From the IMG/VR virus record IMGVR_UViG_3300014914_000030, positions 1 to 28,549 of that record: a stretch of 28,549 nucleotides of DNA. One strand, written 5' to 3'. A program made the translations under genes and the position numbers. The stretch's first letter is position 1. Every line of letters starts with the position of its first letter. Under the pieces are notes generated by a model. It saw nothing but the letters and a program-made list of their open reading frames with translations. It had not been told where the DNA came from and made no database searches. Positions 7,443 through 16,721 of this stretch are shown here, piece after piece.

Positions 7443-9656
7443 TTGAGCATTACTATAAGAGCATTAGATGAGTATGGAGAGTTTTCGTTTAACGGTATTA
7501 ATGAGTTTGGTCTTCAGAGGGTTGGGTTTCTTGTTGAGTTTGGTAGCCGTGTAATTGTTCAGCAAATTGAGGCTGTTTTTACGGATTATGCTGTAGGAGA
7601 ATACATTATCCAGACTATTCACGGAATGTTTGTGGAAGTTGTTGAGACGGTCATTGTAGCTGAGTATCTGAGAAAAAGGTCTGAAAAGGTGATGGTTGAT
7701 GTAAGCATAGGGTCAGATTATCTGAGAAAGGCTACTCTTAAGGTCTTTACTGACAGTAGCATTGTTTCTGATAGGATTATAAAAGAGGCTATTAGATGTT
7801 TTGTTGACTCTGTGGTTTCAAGTGATTATGTACGGAGAGAGGTCAGTAAAAGTATTTTGGACTTGTCCAGAGTTAGCGATTGGATAGGGAAGACTTTAGC
7901 TAAAGTGCTTGTTGATTCTGAGGTTACGGTTGATTGGATTTCTAAGGCTATTTCTAGGAGCTTCATAGACTCCAGCAAATCCTATGATTATGTCAGTAAG
8001 GCTTCAATTAAGAGTTTTAAGGATGTAGGAAAGGGAATTGATAGAATTTCAAAAAGTGTCGGCGTATCAAGGCTAGATACGGTTCTTGTCTCTGATTGGA
8101 TTTCAAAAGAGTTGCTTAAGGCTGTTTTGGATTTAGGTAAGGTTGCTGATTGGGTCAGCACTTTAAAGGCTAAAATTATTGAGGTAAAGGATGTTGTGTT
8201 TCCAGACTACTCCATAGCTAAAGATTCTGTACTGGTTAAGAGAGATTCAAGCTTAATTAGTGATTTCTACAGTAAGAGTGTTGAAAAGGTTGCTACTGAC
8301 TCTGGGGTTATAAGTGATAGAGTGTCTCTTGCGTTTTCTAAAGTTCTGGTTGATTCTGGTGTTGTAAGCGATTACTTCAGTAAAGCTATTTCCAAAGTAG
8401 CAAGAGACATAGGAAAGGGAGTGGATTGGATTTCTAAGGACATTTTGGCTTCTATAGTTGAAAGTGCAAGGGTTTCTGATTGGGTTTCAAGAGATATGGT
8501 CTATTCGCTTATGGATTCAATTTCTGTAGCTGACTATATTAGAAGGGAGTTCAGTAAGAGTTTCAGAGATTATGTGGTAGGCGAATACGTAATTACAAAA
8601 ACTGCTACTCTGCACAGAAGCTATGCTGATGTTGTCAAATCGGTTGACTTTGTTTCTAAGGGTCTTTTCATCCCTCTGAAGGATACAGTAATAAGCTCAG
8701 ATTACCTTGTGAAAGAAATATCAAGAGTTGTTTCTGATGTCGCAAGAGTCCTCGATTGGATAGGTAGAAGGGTTGCAGTTACTGTTTCAGACTTAGTTAA
8801 AGGTCTAGATTATGTCAGTAAGAGCCTTGCAGTAAACATTTCTGATTTGGCTAAGGCTATTGATTGGATTGTTGTTCCTACGGTTAAGTTGATTGTTGTC
8901 AAGGATGTTGTGTTTCCAGACTTCTCTACAGCTAAAGGAGTTGAAAAGCCATTTAGAGAGGTTATCTCCGTCATTGACTTGAAGGCTGTTAAGGATATTG
9001 CTAAGAGATTTGTTGATTATGTTATAGTTAGAGACCAAGCAATTAGAACTAGGATTATTGAGGTCTTTGACCGTGTTATTGCTGACTTTGAGGTTGTCAA
9101 GGGCTTAAGTCCAGCTATTAGGGATTTGGTTAAGTCGGTTGATGTCATTACTAAGCTTAGATATACACTTACTGGAATTGATGTTAGACGTGTCTATTTC
9201 CACAAGTATCTAGGCGATATTATTGAGGATACGGATGAAATCAATAGGGTTGACTCTTCTAAGAACTTGCTGAACATGATTAAGAATTTGGCTAGTAAAA
9301 TGGGGGTTGCAGATGACCCATACATTAGTGCAGATATTTCTAAGCTTGAGGAAATCGTAGGGACAATGGAGTACGTTAAGGATGGAGAGTACGTTTATGC
9401 TAGGCATGTTAATGTGTTTGTGGATTACATGACCTATGCCATTGATGTTGTGCAGTTGCTTTATGATAAGTGGAAGTCTGCTAAGGGGACTAGTCTTCCA
9501 GAGGTTGAGTACTGGCTTGAAATGGCTAAGGGAAGAAAGGATTTAATGCGTACTGTCAAGTTTGGTGATATTGTTCTGACTAGAGACCACAACTTGATTA
9601 TAGATACTTTGAAGCCCTTAGAGTGCAGTATCAGAGTTATGGATAGGGAGTGGTAG
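7443..9656 (+). CDS. 737-aa fibre-like protein with 18-aa repeats
   Basis: Over 25 units such as DWIGKTLAKVLVDSEVTV / DWISKAISRSFIDSSKSY / DYFSKAISKVARDIGKGV, then a distinct C-terminal domain. Confidence 0.8.
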   Translation: MSITIRALDEYGEFSFNGINEFGLQRVGFLVEFGSRVIVQQIEAVFTDYAVGEYIIQTIHGMFVEVVETVIVAEYLRKRSEKVMVDVSIGSDYLRKATLKVFTDSSIVSDRIIKEAIRCFVDSVVSSDYVRREVSKSILDLSRVSDWIGKTLAKVLVDSEVTVDWISKAISRSFIDSSKSYDYVSKASIKSFKDVGKGIDRISKSVGVSRLDTVLVSDWISKELLKAVLDLGKVADWVSTLKAKIIEVKDVVFPDYSIAKDSVLVKRDSSLISDFYSKSVEKVATDSGVISDRVSLAFSKVLVDSGVVSDYFSKAISKVARDIGKGVDWISKDILASIVESARVSDWVSRDMVYSLMDSISVADYIRREFSKSFRDYVVGEYVITKTATLHRSYADVVKSVDFVSKGLFIPLKDTVISSDYLVKEISRVVSDVARVLDWIGRRVAVTVSDLVKGLDYVSKSLAVNISDLAKAIDWIVVPTVKLIVVKDVVFPDFSTAKGVEKPFREVISVIDLKAVKDIAKRFVDYVIVRDQAIRTRIIEVFDRVIADFEVVKGLSPAIRDLVKSVDVITKLRYTLTGIDVRRVYFHKYLGDIIEDTDEINRVDSSKNLLNMIKNLASKMGVADDPYISADISKLEEIVGTMEYVKDGEYVYARHVNVFVDYMTYAIDVVQLLYDKWKSAKGTSLPEVEYWLEMAKGRKDLMRTVKFGDIVLTRDHNLIIDTLKPLECSIRVMDREW
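8187..8922 (+). repeat. 22-bp exact direct repeat pair in fibre gene (8187..8208 and 8901..8922)
   Basis: AAGGATGTTGTGTTTCCAGACT occurs twice, 714 bp apart, both encoding KDVVFPD. Confidence 0.85.
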
Positions 9657-9659
9657 GGC

Positions 9660-10157
9660 TTGGGGCTAAAGCTCAATTTGGGTTGTGGATTGGATAAGAG
9701 GGAAGGTTATGTGAATATTGATGTTAGGGAAGATGTTGAGCCAGACATGGTTATTGATTTAGAAAAGGAGCTTCTGCAAAGGTTTGAGGATGAAAGTGTG
9801 GATGAGATTTTGGCTAAGGATTTCTTGGAGCATTTAAGCTGGAGAGTTGTTGAGACCTTTCTTAGGGATTGTCATAGGGTCTTGAAGCCTAACGGTAGAA
9901 TCTATATTCAGACTCCAGATTTGGAAGCTATTGCCAAAAAGGTTATTCTTAATCCCAATTTCAAGTTCGGAAGTCTCTATGGCTTTAAGGCTATTAGCTA
10001 TTGGGTTTATGGTGGTCAAGAGTACCCAGAGAATACTCACAAGTCTGGTTTTACAATGAGTAGTTTAAAACGGTTGCTTGAAGACATTGGTTTTGAGGTT
10101 TTGGAGTTGAAAAATGATAGTGGTACGAATATTGTTTGCTGGGCTAGGAAGCCCTAG
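9660..10157 (+). CDS. Class I SAM-dependent methyltransferase
   Basis: LKLNLGCG...GYVNID, FEDESVDEI, FLEHL, RVLKPNG. Confidence 0.92.
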   Translation: MGLKLNLGCGLDKREGYVNIDVREDVEPDMVIDLEKELLQRFEDESVDEILAKDFLEHLSWRVVETFLRDCHRVLKPNGRIYIQTPDLEAIAKKVILNPNFKFGSLYGFKAISYWVYGGQEYPENTHKSGFTMSSLKRLLEDIGFEVLELKNDSGTNIVCWARKP

Positions 10158-10855
10158 AGATTTCTTATTTCATGCCAAAAAACTGTATTTAGAACTGGAT
10201 GTTTTACGCAAGGGTGGAATAACCTACCGTTTTCTCCCAAAAATTCTCCATGGTCAGATGTTATCACAACTTTTCTATTTTTAGGTATTTTTGGCAGAAG
10301 ATTTGCTTTTATCTCTTTTAGGACTATTTGTAGGTTTTCTTTGTAAGCTTCTTTTATGATGTCTAGTGGGGGTAGATGTTTGGGATAAGTTACTCCATCA
10401 ATGATTGTATTTAATGGGTCGGGTTTCCATGCTTCAAATGTTACTCTGATTTTCCCTATGCTTGGGAAGTGTGGTTGCATATAGTGAATTATGACTCTTT
10501 CATTTTTAAGGTAAGGAAGGGAAGCTTTGGTAACTTCTCTGGGGGGAACTGTTTTAAGCTCATCATCCCAACCAAACTCCCATACGTCTATAACCTTCTT
10601 AAAGTGCTCTAACCCTAAGAAATCTCCAACCTTTATTTTGCTGTTACAAAAGGGGTTTGCTGAGACATATACGTATGGATACCTTGAAGGGAAATTCATG
10701 GTCAGCCATGTTTGAGTATCACTTGATTCAACTTCTAACTTTAAAAGCTCTCCCTTGAAAGGAGTAAACTTCTCATAATAATCATATCTGCAAGCATCCA
10801 GAACTATTAAGATGTCCCAAGACCACTTGTGAATATACTGAGTTGGTGCTTTCAT
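10154..10855 (-). CDS. Alkaline phosphatase/sulfatase-superfamily protein
   Basis: LIVLDACRYD, IHYMQPHFP, VITSDHGEFLGENG..HP metal-binding motifs. Confidence 0.88.
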   Translation of the reverse strand: MKAPTQYIHKWSWDILIVLDACRYDYYEKFTPFKGELLKLEVESSDTQTWLTMNFPSRYPYVYVSANPFCNSKIKVGDFLGLEHFKKVIDVWEFGWDDELKTVPPREVTKASLPYLKNERVIIHYMQPHFPSIGKIRVTFEAWKPDPLNTIIDGVTYPKHLPPLDIIKEAYKENLQIVLKEIKANLLPKIPKNRKVVITSDHGEFLGENGRLFHPCVKHPVLNTVFWHEIRNL

Positions 10856-10861
10856 TTGTAC

Positions 10862-11932
10862 TCAAAGATATTGTAGAAGAATATCTCTTAGCTGTTCTCC
10901 TATTTTATTCCATGTGAATTTTTCCTTAATGGTAGTTTCGGCGTATTCTTTTGCTCTTGCTTTGTAGTCATCTAGGTTGTCTATGATGTGGATTAGTCTA
11001 TCTACTGCTTTCTCTATTTTCATTTCTACTCCTATGCCTACGTGTATTGGGTTTCCTTCTAGCACTTGTTTTGATGGTTGGGAGTCAACTAAGCTCCATT
11101 TTGGAAGGAAGTCTTCCCATGCTCCACCTTTAGCTCCTATTACTGGTATTCCTCTTGCTAGTCCTTCTAATGCTGGATGTTCAAAACCACCACCACGTGA
11201 GGTTAGCAGAAAGACATCACATAGGTCGAAAAGCTCCATTTTTTGCTGGTCTGTTAACCATCCACTATAGACTTGTCCTTTCATTTCGTATTTTCCATCT
11301 TTTACGTATTCTGGGAAGTAGCCTACGCCAGCACCAGTTTTAAGAACTAGGAGAACATTGTTTCTTTCCGCTAGGGTTCTTCTGTAGATTTCAACTAGTA
11401 GGTCGAAGCCTTTTCTGTATGGTGAGTGCACTATGTAGCTGAGTAAGAGTATTCTGTTTTCTTCTTTCTTGAGTTTTGCTAGATGTTGGAATGTACTTGG
11501 TGGTTGTGGTGGTGTATCTATCCATTCTGGGGTTACTCCATGCGGAAGTACGTAAACTGGTTTTTTGACCCCAGATTTTATGTATGATTGCCTAGCCCAG
11601 TTTGAGGGGACTATTAGGGCTGTAGCGTATTGGGTTAGCTTTACTGCATATTTGCTGATTTGGTTTGAGTCTGCAACGTCTATTCCTATTAGGGCTGAGA
11701 ATTTGGGTACTTTTAGGGATAGGTTTCTTTCAAGCTTTTGGAATGGGTAAAAGTAAGGATGTAAGAAAACTACTGGGTTTCCGACTATGTGTATGAAGGG
11801 GAAGGCTAGCTCATCTATTTCTTCAACCCTAAACCATTGTCTTAGCTGGGCTACATGATGTACGCCTATGCTGTTCCATGAAACATGCTTAAAGAAGGGA
11901 TAGACGTACCAGATTGACTTTCTTGATAGCAT
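10862..11932 (-). CDS. GT4 (GT-B) glycosyltransferase
   Basis: IVPSNW, VLPHGV, RKGFDLL, SRGGGFEHPALEGLARGIPVI. Confidence 0.92.
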   Translation of the reverse strand: MLSRKSIWYVYPFFKHVSWNSIGVHHVAQLRQWFRVEEIDELAFPFIHIVGNPVVFLHPYFYPFQKLERNLSLKVPKFSALIGIDVADSNQISKYAVKLTQYATALIVPSNWARQSYIKSGVKKPVYVLPHGVTPEWIDTPPQPPSTFQHLAKLKKEENRILLLSYIVHSPYRKGFDLLVEIYRRTLAERNNVLLVLKTGAGVGYFPEYVKDGKYEMKGQVYSGWLTDQQKMELFDLCDVFLLTSRGGGFEHPALEGLARGIPVIGAKGGAWEDFLPKWSLVDSQPSKQVLEGNPIHVGIGVEMKIEKAVDRLIHIIDNLDDYKARAKEYAETTIKEKFTWNKIGEQLRDILLQYL

Positions 11933-11942
11933 TTCAGCATTC

Positions 11943-12281
11943 CTAGAATCTTATTGCTAACCACCAGAGCTTAACGTTATCTGACCCACTTGCTGGTGCA
12001 GATTTGAAGTGTACGGTTATGTAGGTGTCATCAACTTCCCAGTAGTCTATGTCTGGTAGGTCTGCTATGGCTTTCCCTACAAGGGCTACTGTAGGTGCTT
12101 GTGATAGTCCGTGAGGTATTTGGAAGCTTGTGGTTACTCCGTCTCCAGAGAATGTATATGTTCCACCATTTCTCTCTGCTAGGGTTCTTCCGTCTAGCTC
12201 CTCTAGTGCGTCAACTACCTTGTTCCATTCTTCTGGTGTGAGTATTTCTGTACCCTTGTAGGTTAAGCCCCATTTTGACAA
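11943..12281 (-). CDS. Small fibre/adhesin subunit
   Basis: N-terminal ILTPEEWNKVVDAL helix; C-terminal GDGVTTSFQIPHGL..AP..ITVHF..AP beta domain seen in viral fibres. Confidence 0.65.
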   Translation of the reverse strand: MSKWGLTYKGTEILTPEEWNKVVDALEELDGRTLAERNGGTYTFSGDGVTTSFQIPHGLSQAPTVALVGKAIADLPDIDYWEVDDTYITVHFKSAPASGSDNVKLWWLAIRF

Positions 12282-12283
12282 GT

Positions 12284-12475
12284 TTAGCCTCTCCTTTGCT
12301 CTCTTAGTGGTCTAGGAGTTGGGCTTGTTCTTGGTCTTGGGGCTGTTTGTCTTGCTCTTCTCATATCTACTTTGATTGCCTCTGCTATTTTGGGTTCTAT
12401 CTGCTTGTAGAGTTCCGTGAATGATTTGGCTAATTCTTTCGGTCTAGTCCTTCTTTCAGCCATTTTAACCACCAT
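12284..12475 (-). CDS. Small basic protein
   Basis: Arg/Pro-rich tail; fills the gap between co-oriented genes. Confidence 0.55.
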   Translation of the reverse strand: MVVKMAERRTRPKELAKSFTELYKQIEPKIAEAIKVDMRRARQTAPRPRTSPTPRPLREQRRG

Positions 12476-15400
12476 ACATAGCTCTGCGTTTCAAGTATCT
12501 AGCTTTTTTCATTCCAGCAATAGACTTGTAGAACATAATCTCATAGTCATCTAGTCCGTATTCTCTTAGGGCTTCTAGCTCTGCTAGGAACTCCTCTTCT
12601 GTTATCACGTCTTCTACGAAGTCATTGATTAGTTCAGTTATGTATTTGCGTACTTCATCCATGATGGGTTTTAGCCTAATGAATTGTTCCCACATAGCTT
12701 TGATGACTTGTTTCTGTTCATCTTCTATGGGTAGTGCGTCTATCATCTTTTCAAGTTGACCCATAGCATAGTCTCTTGCTTTTGGTGAGTACTCTGCTAG
12801 CATGGTCATTCTGTCAACATCGCCTATGAGTTCTCTCCATGCAACCTTTATTCTTTCATAGTTGCTTGTCTGGAATAGAAGCTCTATTTCCTTGTCTGTG
12901 TAGCCTACATCCTTGAGTTTTGATAAGACTTCTTTGTAGTCTTCCTCTTTTAGCATGAAATAGACAAATAGGTCTTCGATTCTACTGTACATTTTCTTGA
13001 TGTCATCAATTACTGGTTTGAGGTCTATGTATTTAGCCCAGATTACTTGCCATTCTTCTGGTATTTTTCTTGCGGTCATTACTTCATCGAAAAATTCTCT
13101 GGCTTCTGGTACGATTTCGCATATTGTTGCTAGCTGGGAAGGTGTAGGTGCGTATTCTCTTTGAGCTATTCCAACTAGGGCTTCTGCAATTCCCTTTAGG
13201 TATTGGTATTCGTAGTCTGTGAGCTTTGCTCCTTGTTTTACGTACTCTATGATTTTGTCTGCGTCTTCTTTTGAGACCACTCCATAGGCTAGCCTATACA
13301 TTACGTAGCCTAGAAATCTCTGTGTCCAGTAGCGTACCCTTCTGATGGTGAATACCGTTCTCCAGATTTCTAGGCTATAGACGTAGGGTCTGAAGTATTC
13401 CTCTGTAAATTGTAGCTTCATTTCATTTGGAAGCTCTGTCCCAGTTATCAATGCATAGTCATAGGCGAATATCTTGTTTACAGCCTCTATCACCTTGCTT
13501 AGAATGTTCTTGTATTCATCATAGCTATCTATTATCCATTCTGAGTATGCTCTGCTTACTTCTCTGCTTGTGTCTCTGAGTATGTCTAGGCTTCTGTCCA
13601 TTAAGGCTCTAAGCTCTAGGAGTTTTCGTTCTGCTGGTAGGAACATTACTGGAAGGTTTACCCATCCAGCCTTCCATTCCATAGCTTCTGTATCGAAATA
13701 GGCTACTAGGAAGCTTGCTTTGATTATTCCAGCTAGTAGCGTTTCTAGTGCTTTTGTGTTCCAGAATCCTTCCTTGAATAGGTTTATGAATCCAGTTCTG
13801 AGTATTGTTCTTTCATCTGCTAGGGCGTTCATTGATTCTGCTATGGCTGTAGGGACAACCCAGTATGGGTGTAGTCCAGTTGCTTGTAGGGTTCTACAGA
13901 ACTGTGCTAGGTTCATCATTACTTTGCTTGTCGGTCTTCCTTCAATAATTGCTGTAGTGAACTTTTTGATTGGGTCTGATAAGGCTACGTCTTTGCTTGC
14001 TAGGTATTCGTAGATTCCCCATTTGACCATCCATCTCTGGTCTATTTTTGTTGGTATGTCTGCTATTGTGTCTATGTATATGAGGTTGTCTGATGTGAAG
14101 TTTGGTAACCAGCTAAATCTTGCGTAGTCATGCCATTTCATGTAGGTCTTTAGTGCTGAAAGCAACATTCCAGCTTGGAAGTTAAGTTCAGTTGGGCTTA
14201 TTGGTGTGAATGCTCCTAGCTCTTTGGCTCTGGCTTCAAGTTCCTTTTTCTCCTCATCTGTTAGGGTTACCCATAGCAGACCAGCAATTCCTCTTGTTGT
14301 GAAGTCCCATAGTCTTTCTGGTGGTGGGTATCTGAAGTGCAGTAGGTAGTATAGGTATGCTATGTCATCTGTCATTCCTCTTGTTCTCATGGCTCTTTTG
14401 AACTCATCTAGCTGTAGGATTATGTCTCTGACCATCATTCGACATAGGTCAGAGGCTGAGGGTAGGGAGTGTACTAGGCTTAATGGAATGTTCCTCTTCC
14501 TTCCGAATCTATCATAGATAGAAATCCAATCATCTAAGCTGTAGCTGAACATCCACCTTAATGCTTGGTCGGAGTAGCCGTAGAGACCATAGAAATAGTT
14601 AGCCCATTTGAGTACTTCAGCATAAGACTCTCTGGGAGCTATATTGACTAGGTTTCCTTCCGCATCGTATTCAAATAGGTAGTCTATGTGTCTTCTTGCA
14701 TATTCTAGAATTACGTCTTCTCTGGGGATTTCAACTGGTACTAGGTTTCTTATCATGTAGTTGACTAGTCTGCTTACTGGTCTAGTGAACCATATTGCAT
14801 ATCCATAGACTAGTCCTCTGCCAAATTCCTTTATGTATTCCATCATTTCTTTGCTGAATGTTGTTAGTGTTGAGCCTAGAGCTTTTGCAAAGTTGAATGT
14901 GGTATCTACTCCTAGTCCTAGTGGTCTGAGGTTTATCCTTAGATTCCATTCTAGGTCGCCTAGTGCTTTTCCAATTGCGGTCATAATCCAGCTAACAAGT
15001 CTTGTTGGTAACTGTCCGTATAATGGAAAGGTCATCAGACCCAGAGCATAGACAATTGTCGTTCCTACTTGCTCAGATATTTCCTCTTCTTTTGGTGCTA
15101 TTCCCAGAGAAGACATTACCCATCCTATAAGACTCCCTAGCACATCTTGTGCTACTGTTCTGGTTAGGTCTCCTACTCCACCAAGTATCCATTCAAAAAA
15201 TTCCTTTATTGGAGTGGTGATTAGCGTAAAGGCATTCCATATTCCAGAGAAGAATCTGAATAATGCGTCTCCCATGAAGTTAAAGAATTGTGTAAATACG
15301 TTTGATATGAAATCCCATGCTCCTTGTATTGCTGAGACAATCCATTCACCTAGTGTTTGGAGACCGTTCCATATTGTTTCTCCAAGCCATGTTAATCCTT

Positions 15401-16118
15401 GAACTAGTGGGGAAACTATGTATGTGTTAGCCCATCCTATTGGGTCTTGAATTAGTGCTATGAATCCTTCAGCTATTCCAGAGAAGAAGTTTCCTATCCC
15501 AGTAAAGATGTCTTTGAGCCAGTCTGGAAGCATGTTCCATATTGCTGAGGCTAGTCCACCTAGTGCGTCTGAGATTGGTTTTGCTATATTATCCCAGAAC
15601 CATTTGGGAAACCATTCTGGGAACTTCAGTATTGCGTTTATGAATCCAGTTAGGGCTGAACCTACTTGACTTACTACGTTTCCTACTCCCTCTAGAATGC
15701 TCGTTAGTCCAGTATAGACCGTTCCAGCTATGGTTACGGCTGTTTCTGAAATTGTGCTCCAAATCGTGTTTACTCCACTAGAAATTGTGTCTAAAATTGG
15801 TTTTATTACACTATTTATGAAGCTTTCAATTCCCGAAGTAATCCATGAAGCAACTGAATTGAACATTCCAGTTAGCCAGTCTTTTAGCTGACCTAGAGGG
15901 TCTAAGATTCCAGCAGTACTGCTAGATATGATGTCTAGGTTAATGACTTCTATGGCTTCTTGCTCTGTAATGACTTCCATTCCAGAGACAACATATACCT
16001 TGTAGAAGTCTGCGTTTTGGCATTGTTCAATGTATGCTTGGGCTAGTATTTCCCCTAGTTTTTTGATGTCTTTTAGTGAAATGTCAAGTATTGATTCTTC
16101 CTCTTCAATATTGCTCAT
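12465..16118 (-). CDS. 1217-aa large virion protein (terminal fibre / tape-measure-like N-terminus)
   Basis: Largest ORF; N-terminal W/F-periodic amphipathic helices, helical C-terminus; size and position parallel the roughly 1070-aa rudivirus terminal fibre protein. Confidence 0.75.
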   Translation of the reverse strand: MSNIEEEESILDISLKDIKKLGEILAQAYIEQCQNADFYKVYVVSGMEVITEQEAIEVINLDIISSSTAGILDPLGQLKDWLTGMFNSVASWITSGIESFINSVIKPILDTISSGVNTIWSTISETAVTIAGTVYTGLTSILEGVGNVVSQVGSALTGFINAILKFPEWFPKWFWDNIAKPISDALGGLASAIWNMLPDWLKDIFTGIGNFFSGIAEGFIALIQDPIGWANTYIVSPLVQGLTWLGETIWNGLQTLGEWIVSAIQGAWDFISNVFTQFFNFMGDALFRFFSGIWNAFTLITTPIKEFFEWILGGVGDLTRTVAQDVLGSLIGWVMSSLGIAPKEEEISEQVGTTIVYALGLMTFPLYGQLPTRLVSWIMTAIGKALGDLEWNLRINLRPLGLGVDTTFNFAKALGSTLTTFSKEMMEYIKEFGRGLVYGYAIWFTRPVSRLVNYMIRNLVPVEIPREDVILEYARRHIDYLFEYDAEGNLVNIAPRESYAEVLKWANYFYGLYGYSDQALRWMFSYSLDDWISIYDRFGRKRNIPLSLVHSLPSASDLCRMMVRDIILQLDEFKRAMRTRGMTDDIAYLYYLLHFRYPPPERLWDFTTRGIAGLLWVTLTDEEKKELEARAKELGAFTPISPTELNFQAGMLLSALKTYMKWHDYARFSWLPNFTSDNLIYIDTIADIPTKIDQRWMVKWGIYEYLASKDVALSDPIKKFTTAIIEGRPTSKVMMNLAQFCRTLQATGLHPYWVVPTAIAESMNALADERTILRTGFINLFKEGFWNTKALETLLAGIIKASFLVAYFDTEAMEWKAGWVNLPVMFLPAERKLLELRALMDRSLDILRDTSREVSRAYSEWIIDSYDEYKNILSKVIEAVNKIFAYDYALITGTELPNEMKLQFTEEYFRPYVYSLEIWRTVFTIRRVRYWTQRFLGYVMYRLAYGVVSKEDADKIIEYVKQGAKLTDYEYQYLKGIAEALVGIAQREYAPTPSQLATICEIVPEAREFFDEVMTARKIPEEWQVIWAKYIDLKPVIDDIKKMYSRIEDLFVYFMLKEEDYKEVLSKLKDVGYTDKEIELLFQTSNYERIKVAWRELIGDVDRMTMLAEYSPKARDYAMGQLEKMIDALPIEDEQKQVIKAMWEQFIRLKPIMDEVRKYITELINDFVEDVITEEEFLAELEALREYGLDDYEIMFYKSIAGMKKARYLKRRAMYGG

Positions 16119-16393
16119 TGGGTCATCACTTTCCTTAGAGTCTCCTTATCATAAGTGTACTCTATCATTTTTAGCTTTGTAAGTTCTATCTTAAGTTTGT
16201 TTATTAGGTCTTTGGTATCCTTTGCGTCTATGCCGTATCTTTTGGACTCTATTCCTCTATATCGGAAGGAAACTACAACATGGTATCTTGGTCTTCCACC
16301 TACTGGCTGTGTTTTGATTACTTCCCATACTGTAACTATTGCGTCATCTACCTCTATGGAAAAAGGGGGGAGACGTATTTCCATTCTTTCCAT
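16115..16393 (-). CDS. Hypothetical protein in structural operon
   Basis: 92 aa, ATGA overlap with the 1217-aa gene. Confidence 0.7.
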   Translation of the reverse strand: MERMEIRLPPFSIEVDDAIVTVWEVIKTQPVGGRPRYHVVVSFRYRGIESKRYGIDAKDTKDLINKLKIELTKLKMIEYTYDKETLRKVMTQ

Positions 16394-16394
16394 T

Positions 16395-16721
16395 TTAGCT
16401 TATGTACCCCTTATTAGATGGGGGTTGTATTTGCTTTAATAGGTTGTGCATTTTCTTTACTGTTTTGAAGAGTTCTCTGCATTTGTTAGCTAAGGGACAT
16501 TTATGTATGTCTTTGCAATCTAGGGTTGAGTATTCAAATGATAATTCATGCGTTTTTAAAAGTAGTTCTTGCATTGTTGCTGTTAGTTCATCTCTGACTT
16601 CTTGAGATATAGGTGGTGCTGGAACTGGTGGTTGAATCATACCGACAGAGCTAGGCGTTTGCGGACTTGCTTGAGGCGTTGTCCTATCCGTGTTTTTACG
16701 TCTCTTACGTGTTGTACCCAT
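16395..16721 (-). CDS. Hypothetical protein with Cys motif CKDIHKCPLANKC
   Basis: Co-oriented in operon, GGAGATGAG SD upstream. Confidence 0.6.
   Translation of the reverse strand: MGTTRKRRKNTDRTTPQASPQTPSSVGMIQPPVPAPPISQEVRDELTATMQELLLKTHELSFEYSTLDCKDIHKCPLANKCRELFKTVKKMHNLLKQIQPPSNKGYIS

Noticed and set aside
7443-9656. Diversity-generating retroelement or invertible fibre cassette
   Set aside because: No reverse transcriptase or recombinase recognised and no adenine-specific TR/VR pair seen.
13720-15669. Plus-strand ORFs within the 1217-aa gene (and similar antisense ORFs such as 1484..1747, 2191..2469, 2919..3296, 4966..5352, 22707..23072)
   Set aside because: Antisense shadows of stronger genes with no motifs or SD.
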